From a virus (lineage: Duplodnaviria > Heunggongvirae > Uroviricota > Caudoviricetes): a DNA stretch of 64,000 nucleotides. Made by a program: the position numbers and the translations under genes. This document shows positions 53,483-63,980 of the stretch, piece after piece. The notes beneath the pieces were generated by a model. That model was not told where the DNA came from. It did no database searches and saw only the letters and a list, made by a program, of their open reading frames with translations. The DNA lies in IMG/VR virus record IMGVR_UViG_2795385681_000001, positions 1 through 64,000 of that record; one strand, written 5' to 3'. Each line of letters begins with the position of its first letter. Positions within the stretch are counted from its first letter, which is position 1.

Positions 53483-53938
53483 TTACTCCTTGGACTTGAT
53501 GTACTCAGTGAGCAGAATCAATTTCTTGATCTCCGACTCGAACTGCTTCGAAATCTTGGCGCGCTCTTCGTCGCTGCCAGCAGACTTGATCTTCTTCAGA
53601 AGCTCCGCATACTCGGGATGTTCCTCGGCGATATACCCAAGAACCTCTTCAGCTTTCGCCTTGAGGTTAGAATCTTCCCCGAAGTCTTCAGGCTTCTCTT
53701 TGACAATGTCCGCGACTGCAAACTGGCCACCACCGACCGCCCATTTCGTGGCAAGCTCTGGGTGCCAACGCAGTCCGAGTTCCCACCACAATTCCGAAGT
53801 GGGCTCCCAGGATTGGACGATCGCCATAACCTGATTAGGATTCGCTCCCGGGCGGGGATCAACCATCCCAACGCCAAGCACCCAGGCCATCCCCTTGGGG
53901 TTATCCGGGTCTGGCCGATGCACGTTAACTGGAGGCAT
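53483..53938 (-). CDS. hypothetical protein (151 aa)
   Basis: Listed ORF. Confidence 0.5.
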   Translation of the reverse strand: MPPVNVHRPDPDNPKGMAWVLGVGMVDPRPGANPNQVMAIVQSWEPTSELWWELGLRWHPELATKWAVGGGQFAVADIVKEKPEDFGEDSNLKAKAEEVLGYIAEEHPEYAELLKKIKSAGSDEERAKISKQFESEIKKLILLTEYIKSKE

Positions 53939-53983
53939 CTGCTCCTACCTCTATTGTCTCATGAATTAGCCTGCAGGACAGCG

Positions 53984-55753
53984 TCAACTAATGAGGTGGA
54001 CACCGATGTTCTGAAGGATGTCCTTGATCTTCTTAGTTAGCCGGGCAAGTCGTTCGCCAACAGACATCGCTGCCTTGTTCTGGCCGATCTTGACCTGGAC
54101 GCTCACAGGCGTACTGGATGCGTTATCCCAAGACGGAATGATCTCTTCGACCTGGGAAACGAAAATGCGGTCACCGTATCCACGGCTAGTGGAGCCGACG
54201 CGGGAACCAATTGCGAAGTGGGCACCCGGAATAATCCAGGAGTTACCCCTCAATGACAGTGTATGCGAGGTCTCCGACTTCGATGCCAGGAAACCACCAC
54301 GTAGAGCAGCCAAAGCGGACAGCGACCACGAGTTATTCTCCGCGCCCTGCTGATACAGCTCCCAAAGGTGAACCCATCCAAGGTTCTTCGCGCGTCCAGT
54401 GTTCTTCCACTCGAGCCATGCGGCGATCGTTCCCACGAGGAACGGCATGATCACGTCAGCTGCAATAGTTCCTGCCGACGAGAATCCACCAAGAAGGAAG
54501 TACCCGAGGATGTTTCCAGTGGTCTCAATAATCAGGCGTGCGATAGCATCTGCCGCAGGGTTATCACCACCAACCACCACAGACACTGCGGTTGCCGGAC
54601 TCCACGTGAGCTCGCTAGTCTCGATCGGAGACCAGCTTGAATCTCTGATGACCAACCACGGCATTTGCGCCAAGGTGGCAAGCCACCCGCTCCCGTAGTA
54701 TTCGTCAGGGTGGTAGGTCTCGTCATCGGAGATGACAGTTGCGGTGTCCTCAATGAATCCACCCACGTACTGCACAACCGAACGGACCATGCCGTCAGCG
54801 ATCGTGCCGCCCAGGAAAGTACCGCCCAGGATCGGGTTGTAGTACCCACTGTCATCGACAATTTCAAAGATCAAGGCACCGTTGGCAGGATTCTCAACGA
54901 AGAGAATCCCGTTCTCAGTCTCGCCCTCATCGGAGAAGCAGCGCCTCCACCTGATAGTCAGCTGGGCGTCCTCAAGTGCATCCGCGATCACCGAGTCAAT
55001 CGGGTTCATGCGGGTGCCGAGAACCGTCCACAGCGACGAATCATCAAGCGGCAGTGGGTTGGCCTTGATGTGACACTGCCAGTTCTCCCACTCGGTAGGC
55101 AGTAGCCCGAGCCACTGACTAAGGTCGAATGGATCGTCTGGCAGGTGATAGATGGGTGCCTGAACTCGAATCAGGTTGATCAAGATCATGATCGAGCAGG
55201 CCCACTTCGCGGGGCCCAGGATGGGCAGCACCCTTGGCCACTGGAAGACTGGGATAGGTAGGGCCGGGTTCGGTGGTCCGAGAAGGAACTGGAGAAACTG
55301 CAGGTCGTCGTTGAACGTTAACTCCATGTACGCCATGCCGTCTCGCATCTTCTTGGCATGGTGGTGAAGCAACCCAGTCCAGCGGAGTTTGCCGCCAAAG
55401 AAGTCGATACGAATTACGACGTTCTTTCGCGCGTGTGGATCGTCTGGAATGGAGCGCATCCATTCCGAGATGTAGTGATCGAAGCGCAGCTCCAGAACAC
55501 CCTGTGTGGAGGTGTTCTTCTTGAACGGGAACGAAGCCTTGATGGTGTCGCGGTAATCGACTCGCCCGTAGAACTCCAGGCCGGGTGATCCGTCCTCCTT
55601 GTTGCGCCAGAACGAGATAACAGGCTTGGCCATTCGGAGCCACATCAGCTCCTGGCGGTACGCCTCAACGGAGGTACCGATGTCCGCGATCTCATCGAGA
55701 GTCCTTAGGCTCATACCGCACCCACTGGACGGCTCCATGGGCGCGAGTACCAC
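53984..55753 (-). CDS. minor tail protein (589 aa)
   Basis: Position two genes from the tape measure. Confidence 0.7.
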   Translation of the reverse strand: MVLAPMEPSSGCGMSLRTLDEIADIGTSVEAYRQELMWLRMAKPVISFWRNKEDGSPGLEFYGRVDYRDTIKASFPFKKNTSTQGVLELRFDHYISEWMRSIPDDPHARKNVVIRIDFFGGKLRWTGLLHHHAKKMRDGMAYMELTFNDDLQFLQFLLGPPNPALPIPVFQWPRVLPILGPAKWACSIMILINLIRVQAPIYHLPDDPFDLSQWLGLLPTEWENWQCHIKANPLPLDDSSLWTVLGTRMNPIDSVIADALEDAQLTIRWRRCFSDEGETENGILFVENPANGALIFEIVDDSGYYNPILGGTFLGGTIADGMVRSVVQYVGGFIEDTATVISDDETYHPDEYYGSGWLATLAQMPWLVIRDSSWSPIETSELTWSPATAVSVVVGGDNPAADAIARLIIETTGNILGYFLLGGFSSAGTIAADVIMPFLVGTIAAWLEWKNTGRAKNLGWVHLWELYQQGAENNSWSLSALAALRGGFLASKSETSHTLSLRGNSWIIPGAHFAIGSRVGSTSRGYGDRIFVSQVEEIIPSWDNASSTPVSVQVKIGQNKAAMSVGERLARLTKKIKDILQNIGVHLIS

Positions 55754-56622
55754 TTAGGGACCTCGAGCAACATTCGGTACCCACCAACGACGTCCTTCAC
55801 CTGAATGGGAATGCGGCTATATGTGCCGCCAGCGATTGGGTACAGAAGATCCTTGCCTTTCCAAAGGCCCTGGAGATGAATCCTGTTGGCTGCCATGAGT
55901 GTCTGAACTCGAGGATCGGAATCAGCCACGCATCCAGCACCCTTGGGTAGGTATGGGAGTTCGACGGTGCGACCTGAGTCCTGAATCCCTCGCCCGTACT
56001 CCTGGTTGCCGAACGAGAAGTCAGGCAGACGCCACCGCGCCTGATCAGTGAGGGTCCACCTCGGCCAGACCGGAACGTCACAGTCCACATCGAGCTTGAA
56101 AGTCTGTCGACCGCTTGAGGTATCGCCCGACCACTCGTAGAAGTCCGAGGGGCCGACGTAGAACGGGAGCTCAGCAGCGAGCGTCATAACCACGGTGCTG
56201 CAGGCGTAGAGCGCGGGATCTTTACCTTCCCAGCCGCCGTCCTCATACGCTTTGGGCTCTTCGAGAAGCCGAACCTTCAGGTCGCGGTATCCGTCAGAGG
56301 TGGTGAAGCGAATGGTCGCTTCCTTCACATAGTCAAATGCGAAGCGCCACTTCGAATCGATGGTGCGCCATACTTCGGCGTCTCCCCCATCGTCAAAGAT
56401 GTTGACGGTGAAGACGACGTCACGCCTCTCCCAACGGAAGTCGACGAATGTCTGGCCGTAGGCACCCGGAAGCCATAGAGACTTGACCGGAGCGTCGATC
56501 ATTCCCTTGAGCTTGGGCATGAGATCAACGCCCTGCTCGCCCTTACCAGGCCCGGAGATGCAGAAGTACTCCCCGTGGACGCCGAAGATCTCAATTTTCG
56601 CCGTGTTGTCGATAGTGTCCAT
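55711..56622 (-). CDS. minor tail protein (distal tail protein position, 303 aa)
   Basis: Start MDTIDNTAKIEIF just after the tape-measure stop; the upstream part of ORF 55711..56781 overlaps the tape measure. Confidence 0.6.
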   Translation of the reverse strand: MDTIDNTAKIEIFGVHGEYFCISGPGKGEQGVDLMPKLKGMIDAPVKSLWLPGAYGQTFVDFRWERRDVVFTVNIFDDGGDAEVWRTIDSKWRFAFDYVKEATIRFTTSDGYRDLKVRLLEEPKAYEDGGWEGKDPALYACSTVVMTLAAELPFYVGPSDFYEWSGDTSSGRQTFKLDVDCDVPVWPRWTLTDQARWRLPDFSFGNQEYGRGIQDSGRTVELPYLPKGAGCVADSDPRVQTLMAANRIHLQGLWKGKDLLYPIAGGTYSRIPIQVKDVVGGYRMLLEVPKWYSRPWSRPVGAV

Positions 56623-56671
56623 CACAAATTTCCCGTAGAAGGGCAATGAAAAGCGCAGCAGTAGAGGGCGT

Positions 56672-59600
56672 TTAGCCGTACTTCTGGATGTATGGCATTG
56701 CTGCCTGCGCGTCCGACGTCTGCTGAACCCGCTTGAATTCGTCGAGGTTCGTGACGTGGTACTGACGGTTGTCGTTGACAAGCTTTGGCACGCCCGTCTG
56801 CTGCGGCTGGCGCTGCGGCATCATCGGAATACCCGAGGCCGACTGAGTAGATCCACCAGTCGCGGTTCCGACCATCAGGGACGACAGGATGTTGACCGCA
56901 CCAGAGATGGCCTGGCCACCGATCTGGAATCCAGCCTGAATGCCCTGTCCCGCTGCACCACCTGCGCCTGGAGCGCCCATGTTTGTTGCCATTGACGCTG
57001 CGGTTGCGGCAAGGCTTCCGATCGCACCGGCAGCACCCTTGATAGCGCCCGAGACGCTGGGGTTGTTGTGCTCCTGCGACATAGGTGCGGCACCGAGAGT
57101 CGCGCGTGCATCAGGCTGATCGGTAGGCGATGCACCAGGCTGAGCCCCAGGGTCACCGGCCTGCGGACCAGCACCCAAAGCAGCGCCAGCGCCACCGACT
57201 TCGGCCAGAGCGTCATTGACAGTGGGGAGGGCACCAGGGACAGGCGCGGGAGCAGTCGCCCCTGGCCCCGGTGCACCTCCGGTCGAAGGGACCGCACCCG
57301 CCGCGCCAATCGACGGCATGGGGGTGTTTCCCGGGCCTGGCTGATCCGACTGGTCAGGCTGGCCAAGGTCGAGCGGTCCAGGGGTTTGTCCACCGCCACC
57401 TGGAGCAGGTGGGGGTGGAATGAAGAGCGGGAATCCACCATCGGCGAATCCATTGCGCGGGATCTTCTTGCTGTTCAGGGCATCGAACAGCGCAGGCCCG
57501 TAGAACTGGGTTGCATCTCCACCCATGCGGTACTCGCCCGTGGATAGCCATGCAAGGTTGTCAGCCCATCCACCGTTGGCGAATCCAGTGCCCTTGCCAA
57601 TGCGGTTCGGCGATCCGTCCTTGTTTACACCCCAGCGCTTGGTGGTGTAGTTGATCGCAGCTGCGATCTGCGAAACAGGGTCGTTGATGCTTCCCGAGCC
57701 GATATTCTCGACCTTGTAAGCGTCGAAAGTGGTTGGCAGGAAGTTGAATAGACCCTTGACGGTCTGCTTACCACCCTTGCCATCGGAGTCATTCGGGTTG
57801 ATCGAGAAAGGGTCACCCTTCGACTCGGTCCAGATCTGCTCCTCAAGAGGCTTCTGCCACATCGCAGGATCCACACCCATAGCCGCACAGATCTGCGCGA
57901 TGAGCGCTCCGTAGCGTGCGTGGATCTGCTCCTTGGTGACTGACTGCCCGAGACCACTGGTTGGGGTTGCGCCCTTGCCCGAGCTGTTGGAGCTTGGATC
58001 GAAGGACATCCCATTGGCCGACAGTTTCTGCTGCAGCTGCGGGCTCAGTCCGGCGATGCCATTCGTGTAGTCCGACATCGCCTGGTCAGCCACATCGGTT
58101 CCTGCTGATCCGCCATTGAGTGCACCCATGAAGCTGCCGAGTGGGTCGCTCTTCTTCTTGGACTCATCACCGAGGTAGAAGTTGCCGACCTGCTGGGCAG
58201 CCTGCAAGTAGGTCAGGTCGAGCCCGAACATTCCGGCCAGGGCCTGCAGACCTACCTGACCCACCTGCTTGGCGATGGAAACCGGCTGAATGTTGTCAGG
58301 AAGAGTCTTCAGTGCCGCCAACAGGTTTGGCGTACCGGATCCACCGGGAAGCTGCTGATACACACCCGGGAGACCTGACTGCCCACCAGGCATGGGAATG
58401 GACCAGCTCTGGCGAGTGTGGACGTGGTCGGTGTGGCCACCCCAGTCGTCTCGGTAGTAGTCCTCGATCGACTGGTTCACGCCACGATCGCCAGGATCGA
58501 TGCCGATCTTGGTTCCGTCACGCGGGTCCATGAAGATGACCTGCTCCATACCTGGAACAGACTTCACATACTCAGCGAAGGCGCGCAGATTCTCGGGAGG
58601 CCCGGACCAGTCGATCCCCTTGTTGAGGCCAGCCTTCTCCTGGTGGCCAGGGTAGGTGGACGGCTTCACACCGAACGCGGCACCAACCTGGTTAACCCAG
58701 TCGGGGAACTTGACACCCTGACCGCCGTACCCCTGACTGTTAGAACCAAGCGCAAGTCCGTAAGGCTCACGTACAGCAGGGATTCCACCGCCGAGTGCTA
58801 CATCTGCACCTGGGATGCTGAGATCAGCACCGGGCCCAGGAGTGACAGGCGTGTCATCGAGGGGTGGGGTGGGCTTACCGATAGACGGAGGACCACCCGG
58901 GTTTAGGGTCTGCTTCGGCCCGATTGGTGCGAGGTCGGGAGCAGGCGGAGGAGGCGGTGCAGGAAGTGGCGCAGGCCTGCCCATTGCGATATCGATCGCT
59001 GGGCTACCAGTTGGACCCGGCGCGGGAGCTGGAGCAGAGGGACCAAGCATTGCCGATGTGATGTCGGGAGCTGGCAGCGGAACGGGTGTTGGTGGCTGCT
59101 GCGGAATGTCGAACGGGAATCCGCCACCGAAGTGGCGAGGGATTCGCTTGTTGTTCAAATCATCAAACAGCTTGACGCCGTAGTAACTCACCGCGTCTGC
59201 ATTGGTGATGTGCTCGTATGGCGAGACGCGAACAAGGTTCATGTCATCGCGAGGACCGCCGATTCCCTTGACCAGTCCGCCGTCCTTGAACTTCTGAACG
59301 TCCAAGAGTTGTGCAGTGGCATCTGCGGTCAGGCGCGTCTCATACTGACCATCGCGAATCCGGGTAGTGGAGCCAATGGTGTTGTCAACATTCGGGTCGC
59401 GGTCGGTGGTGATGACACCGTTTCCGTCCTGACCAATTGCGATGTGCGACGAATCGTTTAGTCCACCAAAGGGCCCGAAGATTGCGCCACCACGGCCACC
59501 GGGCTTAAATCGGCCCTGACCATTGGACGCCTCATTCACCTGGCGCTTGTCCGCACTGTGCTGCCCCAGCGAGTTCGGAATGTCGCTAAGACCGATCAGA

Positions 59601-62401
59601 GGGGCCGCGAGGTCAATAGTCCCAGTGGACTTCAGGACCGACGTGAAGTCGTGTGGGATGGATCCAGTGGCTTGCCCAGCGGAAATGCGAGGCGTGTTGA
59701 TAGCCGCAGGCATCCACGAGAAGATGTTGTGGCTCTCGAGGATTTCGTTGTAGGCCTTGTCAACCTTCGCCTTAGCCGTCTGATCGCCACGCAAGCCAGC
59801 GACGAATGTGTCCAGGTCGATGCCGCGCTCATTCCACAGGTTGGCATCGCCACGCCACACCTCACTGGAGCCGATAACCGACTTCAGCCGCTCCTGGCCT
59901 GCCCCGAGAAGCTGGCTGCGCTGTGCATCGTTACCCGGAAGCATTGCCGCAAGAAGCTGGGCATCGCTTTGCACCTGATTGGTGCGACGAGCATCCTCAA
60001 AGAGGTTCCGGTCCCCCAGGCCTGGGATCGCGTACTTCTGAGCCTTCTGAGCGGTATCGGTTACACCCTGCGCGTTGAGGTTTCCGGTGACATCGTCGAT
60101 AGCACCCTTGAGATCCTCAAGAGCGCTCCTCTGCCTGTCAGCGTCCTCTGCGGCCTTGCGGTGCGACTCCCCCAGCTTGTCGATCGCCATGATCGCGCCA
60201 CCAACGGCAGCAGTCAGTGCCAGCGGGCCAAAGAGTGCTCCAGCAAGAGCGCCAACACGGGTGAGCATCGAAGCCTTACCAGCTCCACCGATCTTCTCCC
60301 CGGCACGACCAGCCGCGTCACCAGCGTCAGTGAAGCTCTTACCGGCATTACCTGCAGCGGTCGCGGTTGCAGTGAGCTTGGGCTCAACGTCCTTTAGCTT
60401 GCGCCCGAACGCGTCGTACCTGTTGCCCGCACGGTCGACAGCTTCACCGAAGCGCAGGGCCTCCTCGCGGGCCTGGCGACTCGATAGGCCGGGAAGTTCC
60501 TCACCCTTGGCGATGCGCAGGTTGCGCGCAGTCGACTGGACGCCAGGCAGGTTGCGAGTTCCCTCGAAGCGTGCAGCCGCCTCAACGACCTTGTTGTAGT
60601 TCTTCCACGTCGAAGTAAGCCCCTCGATGATGGGCTTCACGGTGCGGTAAGTCAGGTAGACCTTCAGCAGAGTGGAGAGCGCGTGGGTGTGCTGCTCAAT
60701 CCACCTGGCCGAGCTGATGAACACGCCGAGCGTTCCAAGCATTGCAGCCGACCACTCACGCGCGGCCTCTACTGCGTCACCAATGCCACCCTTGATGCGC
60801 TTGAGTGCATCCCATAGACGGTCGATGAAGTCCCGGGCCTCGTCAAAGTACTTGGCGAGCAGGTTCTGCCCACGCGTGGACTTCAGGAACTCGTCTAGCC
60901 TCTTAGTTCCATCAGCCAGCGAGGAGATCAATCCACCCTTGTGCCCGGATGCCTTGTCGAAGGCAGCGGCAACAGAGGAGACGATCCCACCGATGTTGAG
61001 CAGCGAATTGCCCAGATCGCCAACAGCCTTCAGTCCCGTGTCGATCCATCGGTCCAGTGATCCGTCAGCTGAGACGCGCTGGGTGAACTGGTCGAAACGG
61101 TTGAAGACAGCGGTGAATGCGTTGCCGATACGTGGCAGGAAGTCCGACGATTCCTTGGTCAGGCGAATGATTCCACTGATCAGTGGATCCATGCCCCTGG
61201 CCATGTTGCGCCAGAAGATGTCGGTGTTACCGAAGATGGAGGACAGGAAGCCCTGGTTGGAATTGCTGGCGACTGAGGTCAGTGCGCTCTTTAGCGCGGC
61301 GTTGATTCCGCTTGCGGTACGGCGGATTCCGATCGAAAGTCCTGGAATTGCCTTGGTGCCAAGGTCGGTAATCTGCTTGTCAAGACCCTCCGCGAGGCTG
61401 TCCTGTGCACCCTGCTGAAGCTCCTGCCACGCGCCCGACAATCCATGGATCGCTTGTACGGTCGCGCGCATGTTTGGCGATAGCTTCCCAAGGGCCTTGT
61501 CGACCTCAGTAATCTTCGAGGCGCTGAGAGCCTCTGTGTTCTTCGCGATCTGGTCTAGGGCATCCAGTACCCGATCAGCGCCTTCTACGCCCTGAGCGTT
61601 CGCGTCAGCGGCATCCTGCGCGGTCCTCTGGGCCTTGGTCTGTACCTCCTGGAGGTGGTCCAGTGCCTGCAGGTACGAAAGCTGGTCACGCTTCAACTCA
61701 GTGAGCGAGCGCTGACCACCCGCACGGATGCGGTCAGCCGCTTCCTGTACGGACAGAACGGCATCCGCGACATTCAGAGACGAGCGTCGGTTCTCCGCAT
61801 TCAGATCCTGAATTTCACGGACCGTGTCACGGATTGCCATACCGTATGAGCGGTAGGAACTCTCAACACTACGGTTGGCGGTTGCGATCTCACGGGCGCG
61901 CGAGGCGGCATCCTTTGAGTCTGAGGAGTACGCCTTGAAAGCAGCACCTACACCGTTAAGGCCAACAGCTAGGGCACCGACCGACGCCAGAGCTCCTCCG
62001 ACAAGACCAGGAAGAGCGAAGGCACTCTTGGCCAACGCGTCTAGGCCCGACGCAGCGCTACCAGCCGCATACGCGAGAGCTGGTAGGGCGTCGAGCCCAA
62101 TTACCTTGACATTTAGGCGAAGTGCCTTGGAAAGAGAGTTCCGCTTGAAAATGTGCTCGACCTGAGATAGGTCGCGACGGAACGTCTGAAGATCTGCCCG
62201 AACCGGGATAGTGACCGCATCATGCTCCTGGCGCTGACGCCAGGCCTGGACCTGCGCCTCAGCCTTGGCAAGCTGCGGGTCGAATTCGATCTTAATGTGA
62301 TCGAACTTCATCGCCTGGAGGCGGCGATCCGCCTCAGTCTTGAACCCACGCAGAGTAGGGACAATGCGGATTGCGGCCTCACCCACTAGGGTGGCAGCCA
62401 T
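56672..62401 (-). CDS. tape measure protein (1909 aa)
   Basis: Giant coiled-coil ORF after the G/GT chaperones; embedded transglycosylase-like motif GLFNFLPTTFDAYKV. Confidence 0.9.
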   Translation of the reverse strand: MAATLVGEAAIRIVPTLRGFKTEADRRLQAMKFDHIKIEFDPQLAKAEAQVQAWRQRQEHDAVTIPVRADLQTFRRDLSQVEHIFKRNSLSKALRLNVKVIGLDALPALAYAAGSAASGLDALAKSAFALPGLVGGALASVGALAVGLNGVGAAFKAYSSDSKDAASRAREIATANRSVESSYRSYGMAIRDTVREIQDLNAENRRSSLNVADAVLSVQEAADRIRAGGQRSLTELKRDQLSYLQALDHLQEVQTKAQRTAQDAADANAQGVEGADRVLDALDQIAKNTEALSASKITEVDKALGKLSPNMRATVQAIHGLSGAWQELQQGAQDSLAEGLDKQITDLGTKAIPGLSIGIRRTASGINAALKSALTSVASNSNQGFLSSIFGNTDIFWRNMARGMDPLISGIIRLTKESSDFLPRIGNAFTAVFNRFDQFTQRVSADGSLDRWIDTGLKAVGDLGNSLLNIGGIVSSVAAAFDKASGHKGGLISSLADGTKRLDEFLKSTRGQNLLAKYFDEARDFIDRLWDALKRIKGGIGDAVEAAREWSAAMLGTLGVFISSARWIEQHTHALSTLLKVYLTYRTVKPIIEGLTSTWKNYNKVVEAAARFEGTRNLPGVQSTARNLRIAKGEELPGLSSRQAREEALRFGEAVDRAGNRYDAFGRKLKDVEPKLTATATAAGNAGKSFTDAGDAAGRAGEKIGGAGKASMLTRVGALAGALFGPLALTAAVGGAIMAIDKLGESHRKAAEDADRQRSALEDLKGAIDDVTGNLNAQGVTDTAQKAQKYAIPGLGDRNLFEDARRTNQVQSDAQLLAAMLPGNDAQRSQLLGAGQERLKSVIGSSEVWRGDANLWNERGIDLDTFVAGLRGDQTAKAKVDKAYNEILESHNIFSWMPAAINTPRISAGQATGSIPHDFTSVLKSTGTIDLAAPLIGLSDIPNSLGQHSADKRQVNEASNGQGRFKPGGRGGAIFGPFGGLNDSSHIAIGQDGNGVITTDRDPNVDNTIGSTTRIRDGQYETRLTADATAQLLDVQKFKDGGLVKGIGGPRDDMNLVRVSPYEHITNADAVSYYGVKLFDDLNNKRIPRHFGGGFPFDIPQQPPTPVPLPAPDITSAMLGPSAPAPAPGPTGSPAIDIAMGRPAPLPAPPPPPAPDLAPIGPKQTLNPGGPPSIGKPTPPLDDTPVTPGPGADLSIPGADVALGGGIPAVREPYGLALGSNSQGYGGQGVKFPDWVNQVGAAFGVKPSTYPGHQEKAGLNKGIDWSGPPENLRAFAEYVKSVPGMEQVIFMDPRDGTKIGIDPGDRGVNQSIEDYYRDDWGGHTDHVHTRQSWSIPMPGGQSGLPGVYQQLPGGSGTPNLLAALKTLPDNIQPVSIAKQVGQVGLQALAGMFGLDLTYLQAAQQVGNFYLGDESKKKSDPLGSFMGALNGGSAGTDVADQAMSDYTNGIAGLSPQLQQKLSANGMSFDPSSNSSGKGATPTSGLGQSVTKEQIHARYGALIAQICAAMGVDPAMWQKPLEEQIWTESKGDPFSINPNDSDGKGGKQTVKGLFNFLPTTFDAYKVENIGSGSINDPVSQIAAAINYTTKRWGVNKDGSPNRIGKGTGFANGGWADNLAWLSTGEYRMGGDATQFYGPALFDALNSKKIPRNGFADGGFPLFIPPPPAPGGGGQTPGPLDLGQPDQSDQPGPGNTPMPSIGAAGAVPSTGGAPGPGATAPAPVPGALPTVNDALAEVGGAGAALGAGPQAGDPGAQPGASPTDQPDARATLGAAPMSQEHNNPSVSGAIKGAAGAIGSLAATAASMATNMGAPGAGGAAGQGIQAGFQIGGQAISGAVNILSSLMVGTATGGSTQSASGIPMMPQRQPQQTGVPKLVNDNRQYHVTNLDEFKRVQQTSDAQAAMPYIQKYG

Positions 62402-62414
62402 TTAGTCTCCTGGA

Positions 62415-63154
62415 CTATTGACGCTGTGTCCGTTCGCGATTGCGCTGTTGCGCGCGCTCGACAGCGTTCTGGGTTTTGATCAACTTCCGCTGGAGACGCA
62501 ATTCGAGGCCGGGAATGACGGGACTTGGTAGCGACTTGCCGATCTGCACCTCAACGAGGCGCTTCAACCACACAATGTCTTCGGTGTGCCCGAAGATGCG
62601 TACCTTTGATGGACCGTCATCGCTGTCCTTCCGAGACCCCATCCATTCGATAGTTTCCGGGTCGTTGAGAACAGCCTCATTGGTCAGAGTGCCCTGGATA
62701 TTCATCAGGGTGTCAAAGAAACCGAGTAGCTCATCAATGGGCCGCTTGCGTCGCCATCGGCCATCGCCAACCGGCTCCCACTGGAAGTACTCGTAGGCAG
62801 AGAAATGAAGAATGTGCTGGCAGTCCCAGCAGATCGCAGACCAGTAACGGTCAACGATCGTGATTAGCCTTTTAGGCCGTCATCACCGGGGGCCCCGAAG
62901 AAGTGCTTCAGGTAGAGAGTGTTGAAGTTTTCCCACACGTGCTTTGGCAGCGGGTCGAACAGCTCATGCACGGCGTCATACTGATCACCGAACAAGGCGC
63001 GCTCACCGGCCTCAATCGTTGGGGCGGAACGCCACTCGTTCACCTGCGCCTGAGTCGGCTCAAGGAACTTCAGTCCCTGGAACTCCAGCGAAGGGATCGC
63101 GTTCTCCGTCTGGAGCTTCTCCCAGACGGAATCAACGTTCTTTGCAGTAGCCAC
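62415..63154 (-). CDS. tail assembly chaperone GT (product of a -1 frameshift near 62868-62876)
   Basis: The -1 frame is open from just upstream of the G stop down to 62415; candidate slip site CTAAAAGG. Confidence 0.45.
62864..63154 (-). CDS. tail assembly chaperone G
   Basis: 96-aa ORF between the major tail and tape measure genes. Confidence 0.65.
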   Translation of the reverse strand: MATAKNVDSVWEKLQTENAIPSLEFQGLKFLEPTQAQVNEWRSAPTIEAGERALFGDQYDAVHELFDPLPKHVWENFNTLYLKHFFGAPGDDGLKG

Positions 63155-63248
63155 TTGATCTGCTCCTATCGAAAGTGGTTGTTACAGAGGTATTCCCCAG
63201 CCCCACGGGTTCACCGCAGGGCCGGGGAAAGTCAGGAAAGAGTCAGGG

Positions 63249-63980
63249 TCAGCTGACGGTGATCGACACGGTCGAGGTCTTGCCCTGGTAAGTCGCGGTG
63301 ATAGTCGCGCTACCGGTAGCTACACCAGTCACCTTGCCCTGCTTATCAACCGAAGCCTTGGTAGGTGCCGAGCTGACGTACTTGGCGATCGGGGTGTAAT
63401 TGATCCCGTTGTCGCCGGTTACGGTGATCTGCGAGTTCCCAGCTACGGCCACGGTCGCGGTCGAAGGCGTCGCGGTAATGGAGACCACTGGCGCCACGAA
63501 GCCGGTCTTGTCGACCAGTCGCAGCCATCCCGGTCCACACCAACCCTGAAGTACCGAGAAGCCCATCTCCCTGTCGCGGAAGGCCTGGAACGTCATCTTG
63601 TAGGTGACGGCTCCATCGTCCTTGCTGTCCTGGTTGTCAACCTTGACCAGCTTGGTGCGCGGCATGATGTAGTAGGCGAAGAGATCCTCGCCGTTCACGT
63701 CGTCGCTTGCGACCAGGTACGCACGGTAGAAGATGTTGCGAGGCAGCGTAGGAGCCTTCAGCGTCACGCCACCACCGGGCGAGACAGTCAGGTTGTCGCT
63801 ACCGAAGACAGTCCCCCAGAACTTCTCCAGGACAACCTTCTTGGTCTCCAGGAACTCGGCCTCGAACTGAACCGTACGCTTCGAGATGATGGTGCGCGCA
63901 GGCTCTGCGTCACCGTAGGACTCGATGTCAGTCGAGTCGATGTTGTGGGTGATCGAGACACCGGCCTTCTTCTCGATCAT
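63249..63980 (-). CDS. major tail protein with a C-terminal Ig-like (Big_2) domain
   Basis: Position upstream of G/GT; C-terminal ITATPSTATVAVAGNSQITVTG..TITATYQGKTSTVSITVS Ig-like repeat. Confidence 0.8.
   Translation of the reverse strand: MIEKKAGVSITHNIDSTDIESYGDAEPARTIISKRTVQFEAEFLETKKVVLEKFWGTVFGSDNLTVSPGGGVTLKAPTLPRNIFYRAYLVASDDVNGEDLFAYYIMPRTKLVKVDNQDSKDDGAVTYKMTFQAFRDREMGFSVLQGWCGPGWLRLVDKTGFVAPVVSITATPSTATVAVAGNSQITVTGDNGINYTPIAKYVSSAPTKASVDKQGKVTGVATGSATITATYQGKTSTVSITVS

Noticed and set aside
57000-59100. PAPAPG / GGGG low-complexity tracts that could be mistaken for tandem or CRISPR-like repeats
   Set aside because: They are coding low-complexity regions of the tape measure; no spacer-repeat periodicity. 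No CRISPR array was seen anywhere in the window.
56756-61491. Numerous 60-250 aa ORFs inside the tape measure gene in other frames
   Set aside because: They are nested within a 5.7-kb gene with clear coiled-coil protein character; their Pro/Arg/Ser-rich composition is typical of off-frame high-GC sequence.
63160-63245. A GC-rich stem-loop (ccccagcccc..gggccgggg) between the major tail and chaperone genes as a terminator
   Set aside because: It is not followed by a U-run on the transcribed strand; it may be an attenuator but cannot be supported from sequence alone.
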